In this document: positions 8,934-17,000 of the stretch, in pieces
Layout: every line of letters begins with the position of its first letter
How positions within the stretch are numbered: the first letter of the stretch is position 1
Source: a virus
Taxonomy: Duplodnaviria; Caudoviricetes
DNA length: 64,000 nt
Virus record (IMG/VR): IMGVR_UViG_3300032896_000431
Coordinates: 1,157 to 65,156 of that record
Reading direction: 5' to 3' (one strand)
The notes under the pieces: model-generated
What the model was told of the DNA's origin: nothing
The model's input: the letters and a program-made list of their open reading frames with translations, nothing else
The model's database searches: none
Made by a program: the position numbers and the translations under genes

Positions 8934-9495
8934 AGGTTAACATTCCTCCCGCCCCTGGAGGTTCATCCTCCGAGGGTTCTACCGTCGTCAGGTTATTACG
9001 ACGTTAACATCACTTCTGGTTGAGAGACAAGTCACTGTCACTCATTTCGCGGACGGGTTGCAACACCCTCCCCGCACCACCGCCGCACTCGGCAGCGCCA
9101 GCCCCGTCGCATCACGAGACCTCCCACTCAGGATGCCCCGCCGTGCTCGCCTCGATATCCGCGACAACTCTCGCCAGTACCCTGTCCCACTGACCCTCGA
9201 TCATGGCGGTCATCCGTGCTGTTCGCGCTGGCGGAGGCGCCAGCAGTACGCGCTCGACGATCGCCCATCTCTTGCGCCGGGACCGGCCGTCCGGCGCCGC
9301 TGGGTGAATCTGGCCGTGATGATGGGGTCAAGTGGCGTCCCCGCCTGGAGGCGGGCAGACGGCTCAGCATCGAAAGCCGAGGTTCAAACCGACCAACTAC
9401 CCAGCGAATTTTCCGCTTGCGTTCTGGCAAAACGACTCGTATGGAGTCGGATATTGTTGGGGCAGTTGCGCCCTCCCCCCTTGCAAGGTGATCGA

Positions 9496-10137
9496 ATGGC
9501 TCGCCGGCCGGCTTCGCGGCAGGCGGATCAACCGTGGCTGCTGGCGATCGAGTTCAAGCGGCTGGACGATCTGCGCCCCGACCCGAACAACGCGCGCACG
9601 CACACCGAGCCGCAGATTGCGCTGGTGGAGAAGTCCCTGCTGGAGCGGGGATGGTATCTGCCGATCGGTGAGGGCGATGGGCAACTTGTCTTCGGCGAGG
9701 CCCGATGGCGGGCCGCGCAAAACATCCACGCGCGGCACCAGACGATTCGTGGTGCACCGGCTGGAATGGCGCCGGTGGTGGACCTGGCGCACCTGTCCCC
9801 GGCGGAACGGACGGCGCTGGCGCTGGCCGACAACCGGCTGGCCGAGCTGGCGGGATGGGATTCGGCGATCCTGGCCGAGCAAATCGGCCAGCTTGCCGGC
9901 CAGGGGTTCGATCTTGAGACGGTCGGGTTCACGGCGGATGACCTGGCGGCGATGACGACGGCGGCCGACCCTGCAGCCGTGGTGGAGACACCCGTGGCGC
10001 CGGTACAGGACCGGTTCTGGATCAGCGTCCGTGGGCCGCTGCGGAGTCAGGCGCGAGCGTTGAAGGCGCTGCAAAACCTGATGGCCGACATCGAAGGCGT
10101 GTCGGTGGAGCTGGGGACCGTCCTGGACGATGGTTAA
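9496..10137 (+). CDS. ParB/Srx N-terminal domain protein
   Basis: LDDLRPDPNNARTH...QLVFGEARWRAA...LALADNRLAELAGWD. Confidence 0.85.
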   Translation: MARRPASRQADQPWLLAIEFKRLDDLRPDPNNARTHTEPQIALVEKSLLERGWYLPIGEGDGQLVFGEARWRAAQNIHARHQTIRGAPAGMAPVVDLAHLSPAERTALALADNRLAELAGWDSAILAEQIGQLAGQGFDLETVGFTADDLAAMTTAADPAAVVETPVAPVQDRFWISVRGPLRSQARALKALQNLMADIEGVSVELGTVLDDG

Positions 10138-10771
10138 CCGGGTGGCGCGGGCGTTCTCGCGCACGCTGGACGCGACCCGGCGGCAGCGGCGGAACGATCC
10201 CGTGGCGATAGCCGCGAAGGCGGAGATTCGCCAGCGGGTCCTGGACATGATCGGGCCGGTCGAGGCTCGGGTGTTCGATGCGTTCGCCGGCGCGGGCGAG
10301 ATGTACCGGCGGGTGTGGCACGGGGCGGCCGGATATGTGGGGTGCGACCGGAATTGGTACGCCGACGAGCGGCTGGTGTACTGCGCCGACAACCGGCGGG
10401 TTATGCGCTGCATCGACCTGGCGCTGTTCAACGTGTTCGACTTGGATTCGCATGGCTCGCCGTGGGAACAGGCGATCATCCTGGCGGCGCGGCGGCCGGT
10501 CGGGGCAGGCGAGCGGCTGGGCCTGGTGCTGACCGATGGCAGCAACCTTGATCTGTCGCTGGGTGGCATGGTGGCGCCGCTGCGGGAGATTGCCGGCTTC
10601 GTGGGAATCCCAGCCGGCGCGGCGCGGTCGCATGCCGAGATCATCGAGCGGGCGATCAACGGGGTGTGCCGGCGGATGGGCGTGCAGGTTCTCCGGCGAT
10701 GGGAGAGCCAGGGCGGCAGCGGTGCCAGGGTGCGGCACATCGGCATGGTCCTGGAACGGATCAGCCGCTGA
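10130..10771 (+). CDS. Class I SAM-dependent methyltransferase-like protein
   Basis: RVFDAFAGAG motif I and FDLDSHGSPWEQ (Trm1/TcmP-like DxDxxGSP). Confidence 0.65.
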   Translation: MVNRVARAFSRTLDATRRQRRNDPVAIAAKAEIRQRVLDMIGPVEARVFDAFAGAGEMYRRVWHGAAGYVGCDRNWYADERLVYCADNRRVMRCIDLALFNVFDLDSHGSPWEQAIILAARRPVGAGERLGLVLTDGSNLDLSLGGMVAPLREIAGFVGIPAGAARSHAEIIERAINGVCRRMGVQVLRRWESQGGSGARVRHIGMVLERISR

Positions 10772-11669
10772 ACAGCGGTTGCAGGCGGGCGACCAGCCCC
10801 GCGTAAGCGGCGGGGAACGAGCGGAACGTCTCGCCGTCCAGCGTGGCGCCGCCTTTTTCGCCGGCGACACGCGGCTTGCCGTCGGTGCCGATTTCGATGC
10901 GGGCCAGGCGCTCGCCGGCGGCGATGGCGTCGCGCACGCGGTCGATGTGTTTGCCGGCGGTGGACGCCGCGTACAAGGGATTGGCCTGCCAGGTGCCCCA
11001 TTGCTTGAGCCACAGCGCGGCGCCGGCATGGAGTGCCAGGTCGCGGCCTTGGCGCATGTGGTCAGCAATGCAGGTGCGAGCGTTGCGTCCGGATTCGCCT
11101 CCCAGCAGGACCTGATCGATATCGGCAAACGACACGCCGCGGAGGGGACCGATCAGCGGCTCGACCGAGGCAAAGGCGGTGAACGGGCCAACGTCCTGTT
11201 TCAGCCGGCGCAGTTCATCGAGCCGGACACCGCGGGGCGCGTCCTCGACCGAGACGCCGAGCCACAGGTGCGGCGGCACGCCACTGGCGCGATAGCGGGA
11301 AGCGATGTAGCGGCGAAGGGTCTGGTGGCGCTTGGTCAGGACCTGGAACACGGTGTCCGGGCAGGCGTCGATCACGTCGAATACCGCATTCCGGAAGGCG
11401 TCCGGGATATCGCGGTGCATCAGGTCCGACATCGAGTTGACGAACACCATGCGGGGCCGGCGTTCGGCGCCGTCTCGGACCGGCCGGAAAGAGCGGCCTT
11501 CCGGCAGGCGGTCGGGGTGGAGTTTGACGGTCTCGAAGTTCCCGCCGAACAAGCGGTCGGTGATCTCGCGGGCGTAGCAAAACTTGCAGCCGGGTGAGAC
11601 CGGGGTGCAGCCCGTGGTGGGATTCCACGAGCTGTCCGTCCAGGAAATGTGCGTGTTGCGGGCGGTCAT
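10761..11669 (-). CDS. DUF5131 (phage Gp37/Gp68) three-Cys, radical-SAM-like protein
   Basis: ISWTDSSWNPTTGCTPVSPGCKFCYA; FVNSMSDLMH; FQVLTKR; GGESG. Confidence 0.9.
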   Translation of the reverse strand: MTARNTHISWTDSSWNPTTGCTPVSPGCKFCYAREITDRLFGGNFETVKLHPDRLPEGRSFRPVRDGAERRPRMVFVNSMSDLMHRDIPDAFRNAVFDVIDACPDTVFQVLTKRHQTLRRYIASRYRASGVPPHLWLGVSVEDAPRGVRLDELRRLKQDVGPFTAFASVEPLIGPLRGVSFADIDQVLLGGESGRNARTCIADHMRQGRDLALHAGAALWLKQWGTWQANPLYAASTAGKHIDRVRDAIAAGERLARIEIGTDGKPRVAGEKGGATLDGETFRSFPAAYAGLVARLQPLFSG

Positions 11670-11670
11670 G

Positions 11671-11823
11671 TCAGCCCTCCGGGAAGGTGCGCAGGGCCTC
11701 CATCAGCTTGTCCGCCAGCCCGCGCGCGTCGCGCTCCGACAGGCGCGGTTGATTGCCCATCAGCAGGGCGAACAGGGCTTTCAGTTCCGCCTCGGTCAGC
11801 GGAACATCCGCGGTGCGGGGCAT
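11671..11823 (-). CDS. Very small hypothetical protein
   Basis: GGAGG RBS; MPRTADVPLTEAELKALFALL; abuts the DUF5131 start. Confidence 0.55.
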   Translation of the reverse strand: MPRTADVPLTEAELKALFALLMGNQPRLSERDARGLADKLMEALRTFPEG

Positions 11824-11910
11824 GGGTGCCTCCGATTGTTGCGCTGGTGGATGGCAGGCCCGCGGGTGCGGCCAAGGGCCGTCCATGGCGCGGCGGGTGA
11901 GGCGCTAGGG

Positions 11911-12093
11911 TCATGGCTCTTCCCGGGCGCCGGCCTCCCACCATTCGGCCTGACGGTCGGCCGCCTCGGACTGGTGCAGCAGTGCTTCCCGGCCGGCAGG
12001 TTTCAGGTGCGGGGCCTGAGCCAGGTCGCGCAGGTTCTCGGCCTCGGCGCGCCAATGGCGTGCGGAGTCCAGACAGGATTCGCGGTTGGTCAT
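11911..12093 (-). CDS. Small hypothetical protein
   Basis: GAGG RBS; MTNRESCLDSARHWRAEAE... Confidence 0.55.
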   Translation of the reverse strand: MTNRESCLDSARHWRAEAENLRDLAQAPHLKPAGREALLHQSEAADRQAEWWEAGAREEP

Positions 12094-12101
12094 AGCGCGC
12101 C

Positions 12102-12317
12102 TCACATGCCACGACCGGCGCGGTACTGCGCCTCGTCGAAGCATTCCGCCTCGAAGCGGCGGGCCGCGGCGTCGGCCTCCTCGCCGAACAGGCAAGTCCG
12201 GCTGCTGGGAACGTAGAAGGCCCGGGTGCCGGCCGGAACGGTCTCGCCGTTCGCCAGCTTGGTTGGGTACTTGGTCGTGATCCAGTGCGGATCGCGTGAG
12301 AAACGATTGCGGCGCAT
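12102..12317 (-). CDS. Small hypothetical phage protein
   Basis: GGAG RBS; MRRNRFSRDPHWITTKY... Confidence 0.6.
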   Translation of the reverse strand: MRRNRFSRDPHWITTKYPTKLANGETVPAGTRAFYVPSSRTCLFGEEADAAARRFEAECFDEAQYRAGRGM

Positions 12318-12357
12318 GGCGTCACTCCATGGTGGTTGCGGGATTCGCCGTGGCAGA

Positions 12358-12999
12358 TTAGCCCCACGGCAGGCCGAACTTGTCGGCGCAGATCGGGCCG
12401 TAGCCGGCGTCGATTGATCGGTGATCGGTCAGTTCCAGGCCACAGAAGCAGCAGTGGCCGAACCGTTGGCCGTAGATCTTTGCTTGCCCGGCGGGTGCGG
12501 CAGCGAAGGCGTGCAACGCGGCGCCAATCGCTGCGGCATCATCGGGCGCGACGGTGTGGTGCGGGTGGAACATCCCGCCCAGGTCGATGCGGCCATAGAA
12601 CGTGCGGTCGGCAAATGCCTTGTCGTCGCTGGTGACGCTGACTGAACCGGGTTCGCGGGCGGCGATTCCGGCCCGGCCCAGGCGGAACCGCAGGCCGTTG
12701 TCCGCGGCAAACCGAACGACCGGCCATTTCAGGGCCAGGGCGGCATACGCCAGCATGTCAACGATGGGTGACAGACCATCGGTGGTTGGCGCGCGGGGTT
12801 GCCTGGCGCGGGCGGCAAGGCTGCCGGCCAGAGCGAATTGCCTGTCTGTCCAAGCGCGGGAGCGTGCCTGGTACAGCAGGCTGTCGGCGGTATCGCGGTC
12901 GCGTTCGCCCAGCCTGTCGCGGCAGGCGCGCAACGCGGCCACGGCGGGCGCTTCGCGCGGGGCGGGCGGGGCGAACATGTTGGGCGTTTGCAGTGGCAT
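12358..12999 (-). CDS. DUF6011 Zn-finger protein
   Basis: C-terminal YGQRFGHCCFCGLELTDHRSIDAGYGPICADK. Confidence 0.8.
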   Translation of the reverse strand: MPLQTPNMFAPPAPREAPAVAALRACRDRLGERDRDTADSLLYQARSRAWTDRQFALAGSLAARARQPRAPTTDGLSPIVDMLAYAALALKWPVVRFAADNGLRFRLGRAGIAAREPGSVSVTSDDKAFADRTFYGRIDLGGMFHPHHTVAPDDAAAIGAALHAFAAAPAGQAKIYGQRFGHCCFCGLELTDHRSIDAGYGPICADKFGLPWG

Positions 13000-13079
13000 G
13001 GCGGCGGCCTCCTGGCAGCCTTGGGTTTGCGCGGGCGCCAGCCTTTTGCTGGCGGCATCGCAAGCCCAAGGTCGGCGGG

Positions 13080-14225
13080 TCAGGCGGCGGCGGTTGCCTT
13101 GCCCTTTGCCTTGCCCTTCGCCTTGGCGGTGGGGGCGGCGGCGGCGGCGGGCGCATCGGGGGCGGGCGCGTCGGGCGCGGCGATTTGCGCGGGCGCGGGC
13201 GGTTCAGCCAGCGGCAGCATATCGGCAGTGCCAAGGTCGATTGCCTGGATGCGGGCGCGGTAGCCTTCGCACTTCGCTTCGGCAGCAGCGCGGGCATCGC
13301 CGGTCAGGTCGCCCAGCTTGGCTTCGGTCCGCGTCAGGTTTGCCAGGATCGCGGCGCGCGTACCTTTCGTGGCGGGCGCGAGGGCGCGGAAGGTCTCGGC
13401 GGGGATGTAGGCTTCGGTGCGAAGCGGCATCAGCACCAAAGCCGCGCCAGGGGCATCGTTGAACGTCGCCACGGCGGGCGCGATGTCGCCCCCACCTTGG
13501 CCGGCGAACAAGCTGATACCATCGGAGTACAGCGCGCTGGCAACCTCGGTCGCGGCGCGCATGATCTTGGGCGCGAAGCTGGCGGTTTCGCCGGCCTCGA
13601 ACTCGCGGTTGCCCATGACGTTTTCCAAGCCTGCCAGGATTGGCGCATAGTCCGGGTACGTGCCTTCAATGGGCACCATGCGGAACGTCGCGGACTCGCA
13701 CGTGTCGCGCAGCACAACGGCGGGCGCGCCATCGCAGAAGCCGACTTGCACGCTTGCGCTGGCGCGCTGGTCTTTGTCCAGCATGTCATCGAAGATTGCG
13801 AGACGTGCCTTGAGTCCGGCGCGCGGCAGGGTAACGCCATGGCCCAGCCACGTGGGCACTGCCTCGGGCGCGGCAATGCTGAACATGCCGGTGAAGAGCT
13901 TTGCGCCATCGGTGCCCGACACGCGCACGTCGCGGCCGGACGATTGCAGGCGTACGCCTTGCAGGTATTCGCGCTTTTCGTCGGCCGACGCGCACAGCAG
14001 CGCGGCTTTGATGAACGTCAGCGGGATGGTGACGTACTCGAGCGGCGGCATCTTGTCGGCGGAATCGGGCGCGGGCGCGTCGGTTGCGGCGGGCGCGGGC
14101 GCATTGGCGATGGCGCGCGCGACGGTATCCAGCGCGGCATTGATCGCGGTATCGCTGGCGGGCGCGGCGGGCGCGTTGCTCTCGGCGGCGGCGGCGGTTT
14201 CGGCGGCAGCGGTATCTTGCAGCAT
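13080..14225 (-). CDS. DNA polymerase III beta-clamp-like protein (partial clamp, Ala/Pro-rich tails)
   Basis: AALLCASADEKREYLQGVRL...VSGTDGAKL...IEGTYPDY matches DnaN central-domain motifs. Confidence 0.7.
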   Translation of the reverse strand: MLQDTAAAETAAAAESNAPAAPASDTAINAALDTVARAIANAPAPAATDAPAPDSADKMPPLEYVTIPLTFIKAALLCASADEKREYLQGVRLQSSGRDVRVSGTDGAKLFTGMFSIAAPEAVPTWLGHGVTLPRAGLKARLAIFDDMLDKDQRASASVQVGFCDGAPAVVLRDTCESATFRMVPIEGTYPDYAPILAGLENVMGNREFEAGETASFAPKIMRAATEVASALYSDGISLFAGQGGGDIAPAVATFNDAPGAALVLMPLRTEAYIPAETFRALAPATKGTRAAILANLTRTEAKLGDLTGDARAAAEAKCEGYRARIQAIDLGTADMLPLAEPPAPAQIAAPDAPAPDAPAAAAAPTAKAKGKAKGKATAAA

Positions 14226-14299
14226 GTGAGTTGCTCCATGAACAAGAGGGGTTATCACCATGCGCCGGTTATCCGATACCTGTGCATTGTGATGGGCGT

Positions 14300-14329
14300 A
14301 TCATACGTCCTAGAAATCGCCTTCGTCAA
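14300..14329 (-). promoter_or_regulatory. sigma70-like promoter of early operon 2
   Basis: TTGACG-18 bp-TATGAT on the minus strand with an AT-rich element upstream. Confidence 0.65.
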
Positions 14330-14884
14330 GAGAAATATTCAACTAATTTGAATACAAATGCATGGACAGGGGAAGGCGAGCGGGGCAGTCGCGGCTGGCT
14401 GAACAAGGTTCGGGCGGTCGGTTACGCGCGCGGGCGCGGCGGGCAGCGGGCGCAGCAGCAGCTTGCGGGCGCGGGATGTCCGGCGGTGACGGCCGGTCTG
14501 GCCGGACGTGCATGCGCAATATTGCTTCGTCGCCTCGACGGCGGAGCGAAGGAATGTTGCGCGCGGCATCCTGGCCGGCGGCAAATATGGTGCAGGGTTG
14601 CAAGGAACACCGTGCAACGCATTGACGGGGCGATGGTTTTGCCGGGTCGGCCCCTGCCCTATGCGGGCAGTGTCGGGCGGGGCGGGCGCGGCGGGCCGGG
14701 TTAGGCGGGGCCGGCCCCCGCCCCTGGACAGGGGGGGCAGGGGGTGGAGCGGCGGGCGCGGCCCCGCGGGCAACCGTCATCCGCGAACGTATTCAAAAAT
14801 TCTGGTGAAAAAATTGCGCGCTGAAATGTTTGGGGCGGATTGAAGGGGAGACTGTTCTCCCTGGTCGGGTGTCGAGCGGTAACA

Positions 14885-16417
14885 GTGTCCGGAGTGGAAA
14901 ACCCTGCTGTCGCGGATGGGCCGGCACCTGGCGCGCTGGCGGCGGCGTTCCTGCGGCTGGACGCGGATCGACGCGCGGCACTGCTGGAGGAGCTGACCGG
15001 CGAGGAGCTGGTGCAGCTTGAGGCCGACGTCGACGAGCAGGTGCGGTCGAGCCTGGAAGACTGGTGCCGGTTGGCGCTGGCGGATGAGGGCCAGGCTCCC
15101 GCGCTGCACCACCGGTTATTGCTGCGGGAGTTGGAAGACATCGCCGCCGGCGAGAACGACCGGCTGATGGTGCAGATGCCGCCGGGGACGGCGAAGTCAC
15201 GCTACGTGTCGGACCTGTTCCCACCGTGGTTCATGGCGCGGCAGCGGGGCACCTCGGTGATCGGGGCGTCGCACACCTCGGGGCTGGCGCAGTACTTCTC
15301 GCGCAAGGTGCTGGGGCGGATCCGGCAGCATGGCGCGACGCTGCGCATGCACCTGCGCTCGGAGGGCGTGGAAAGCTGGGAGACGACGAACGGCTCGGAA
15401 TACCGGGCGGCGGGCGTGGGCGCGGCTATCGCGGGCCGGCGCGCCGACCTGGTGCTGATCGACGATCCAGTGAAGTCGCGCGAGGAAGCGGACAACCTCG
15501 ACATCAGGAACCGGACCTGGGAGTGGTACCAGGGCGACGTGATCGGGCGGCTGAAGCCGACGGGCCGGATCGTGCTGATCATGACGCGGTGGCACGAGGA
15601 CGATCTGGCGGGCCGGTTGCTGGACCTGCAGCCCGGGCGGTGGCGGACGCTGGCGCTGCCGGCGCTGGCCGAGGCGGATGATCCGCTGGGCCGCGAGCCC
15701 GGGACGCCGCTGTGGCCGGAGTACTGGCCGCTGGAAAAGTGGCTGGCGAAGCAGGCCGAGGCCGGCGGGCCGAACTCGCGGGAGTGGAACTCGCAGTATC
15801 AGCAGCGGCCGGCATCGGCCACCGGTGCACTGTTCCAGGTGACGAAGCTGGCGGTGCATGACGACGTGCCGTCTCTGGTGCGGCGGGTGCGGGCGTGGGA
15901 CCTGGCGGCGACCGAGGCCGGCGCGACGGTGGGGAAGAAGCGCGGGGCGGACCCGGACTGGACTGTGGGTGTGCTGCTGGGGAAGACGACGGCGGGCCGG
16001 TTCGTGGTGCTGGACGTGGCGCGGGTGCGGGGCGGCCCGGAGGTTGTCGAGCGGACCATCGTGGAGACGGCGCGGGCGGACGGGGCTGCGGTGACGATCG
16101 GGCTGCCGCAGGACCCGGGGCAGGCCGGGAAGTGGCAGGGATCGTATCTGACGGCGCAGTTGGCTGGGTATGTGGTGCAGACCTCGCTGGAAAGCGGGTC
16201 GAAGACGACGCGGGCTATGCCAGTGTCGTCGCAGTGCAACGGCGGGAACCTAGGCATCATGCGGGCGCCGTGGAACGCCGCGTTTGTCGATGAACTGCGG
16301 AATTTCCCGGCGGGGCGGTTCGACGATCAGGTGGATGCGCTGTCGCGGGGCTTCGCGATGCTGCTGCTGACGGCGAAGCCGGCGCACGGCAGGCATCTGG
16401 GCTTCATGGCACGGTGA
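14885..16417 (+). CDS. terL: Terminase large subunit
   Basis: Walker A LMVQMPPGTAKS, Walker B LVLIDDP, IMTRWHEDD, nuclease RAWDLAA...DDQVDA; start codon uncertain. Confidence 0.95.
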   Translation: MSGVENPAVADGPAPGALAAAFLRLDADRRAALLEELTGEELVQLEADVDEQVRSSLEDWCRLALADEGQAPALHHRLLLRELEDIAAGENDRLMVQMPPGTAKSRYVSDLFPPWFMARQRGTSVIGASHTSGLAQYFSRKVLGRIRQHGATLRMHLRSEGVESWETTNGSEYRAAGVGAAIAGRRADLVLIDDPVKSREEADNLDIRNRTWEWYQGDVIGRLKPTGRIVLIMTRWHEDDLAGRLLDLQPGRWRTLALPALAEADDPLGREPGTPLWPEYWPLEKWLAKQAEAGGPNSREWNSQYQQRPASATGALFQVTKLAVHDDVPSLVRRVRAWDLAATEAGATVGKKRGADPDWTVGVLLGKTTAGRFVVLDVARVRGGPEVVERTIVETARADGAAVTIGLPQDPGQAGKWQGSYLTAQLAGYVVQTSLESGSKTTRAMPVSSQCNGGNLGIMRAPWNAAFVDELRNFPAGRFDDQVDALSRGFAMLLLTAKPAHGRHLGFMAR

Positions 16418-16971
16418 CGGTGCAGGGTGAGATGGAACAGGCGACCGGGCACCGGAACAAGCGAACCGAGCGGCAGGCGGACCTGCGGGCCGCGGCGAAG
16501 CTCCAGATCCTGGAAACCCTCGCCAAGGGGCTGTCGCCGGTGGCGGCGGCGAAGGCGGCTGGCGTCGCCTACTCGACCATCTGGACCTGGAAACGCGACG
16601 ACGCGGCGTTCTCGGCGGCCTGGGACGAAGCCTTCGAGCAAGGGACGGACGTGCTGGAAGACATCGCGCTGAAGCGCGCCACGGTGGGCAATCAGCGGCC
16701 GGTGTACCAGGGCGGCAAGCAGGTGGGCACGGTGCAGGAGTTCTCCGACCACCTGCTGTTGGCGACATTGGCGCGGCGGCGGGAGGCCTGGCGGCAGAGC
16801 AAGACCAAGGTGGAGCTGACCGGCAAGGATGGCGGGCCAGTGCAGGTGCAGCATGTCCGAGCGCGGATCGCGGAGAAGCTGGCGGCGCTGGCCGGCGGGC
16901 TGGGCTATGACGATGCGCAGCAGGCGGAGGCGTCGGCTGCGGCGCCAGCGAAGGACGGACCGCGCGGTTGA
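16414..16971 (+). CDS. terS: Terminase small subunit-like HTH protein
   Basis: AAAKAAGVAYSTIWTWKRDDAAFSAAWDEA...LEDIALKRA...FSDHLL...VELTGKDGGPV. Confidence 0.8.
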   Translation: MTVQGEMEQATGHRNKRTERQADLRAAAKLQILETLAKGLSPVAAAKAAGVAYSTIWTWKRDDAAFSAAWDEAFEQGTDVLEDIALKRATVGNQRPVYQGGKQVGTVQEFSDHLLLATLARRREAWRQSKTKVELTGKDGGPVQVQHVRARIAEKLAALAGGLGYDDAQQAEASAAAPAKDGPRG

Positions 16972-17000
16972 AGGCGGGCAAGTCGAACTAGGCGACAGGG

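Larger units (their letters stand above)
5682..9401. mobile_element. TIR-flanked, transposase-less cassette 1 (cyclase operon)
   Basis: 32-bp imperfect inverted repeats at 5682-5713 and 9370-9401 (27/32 identical); flanks CGGGGAAT / CAGCGAAT (6/8). Confidence 0.75.

Noticed and set aside
9058-9495. N-terminal extension of the ParB ORF
   Set aside because: It runs through the cassette TIR and promoter-like DNA; ParB motifs begin after ATG 9496.
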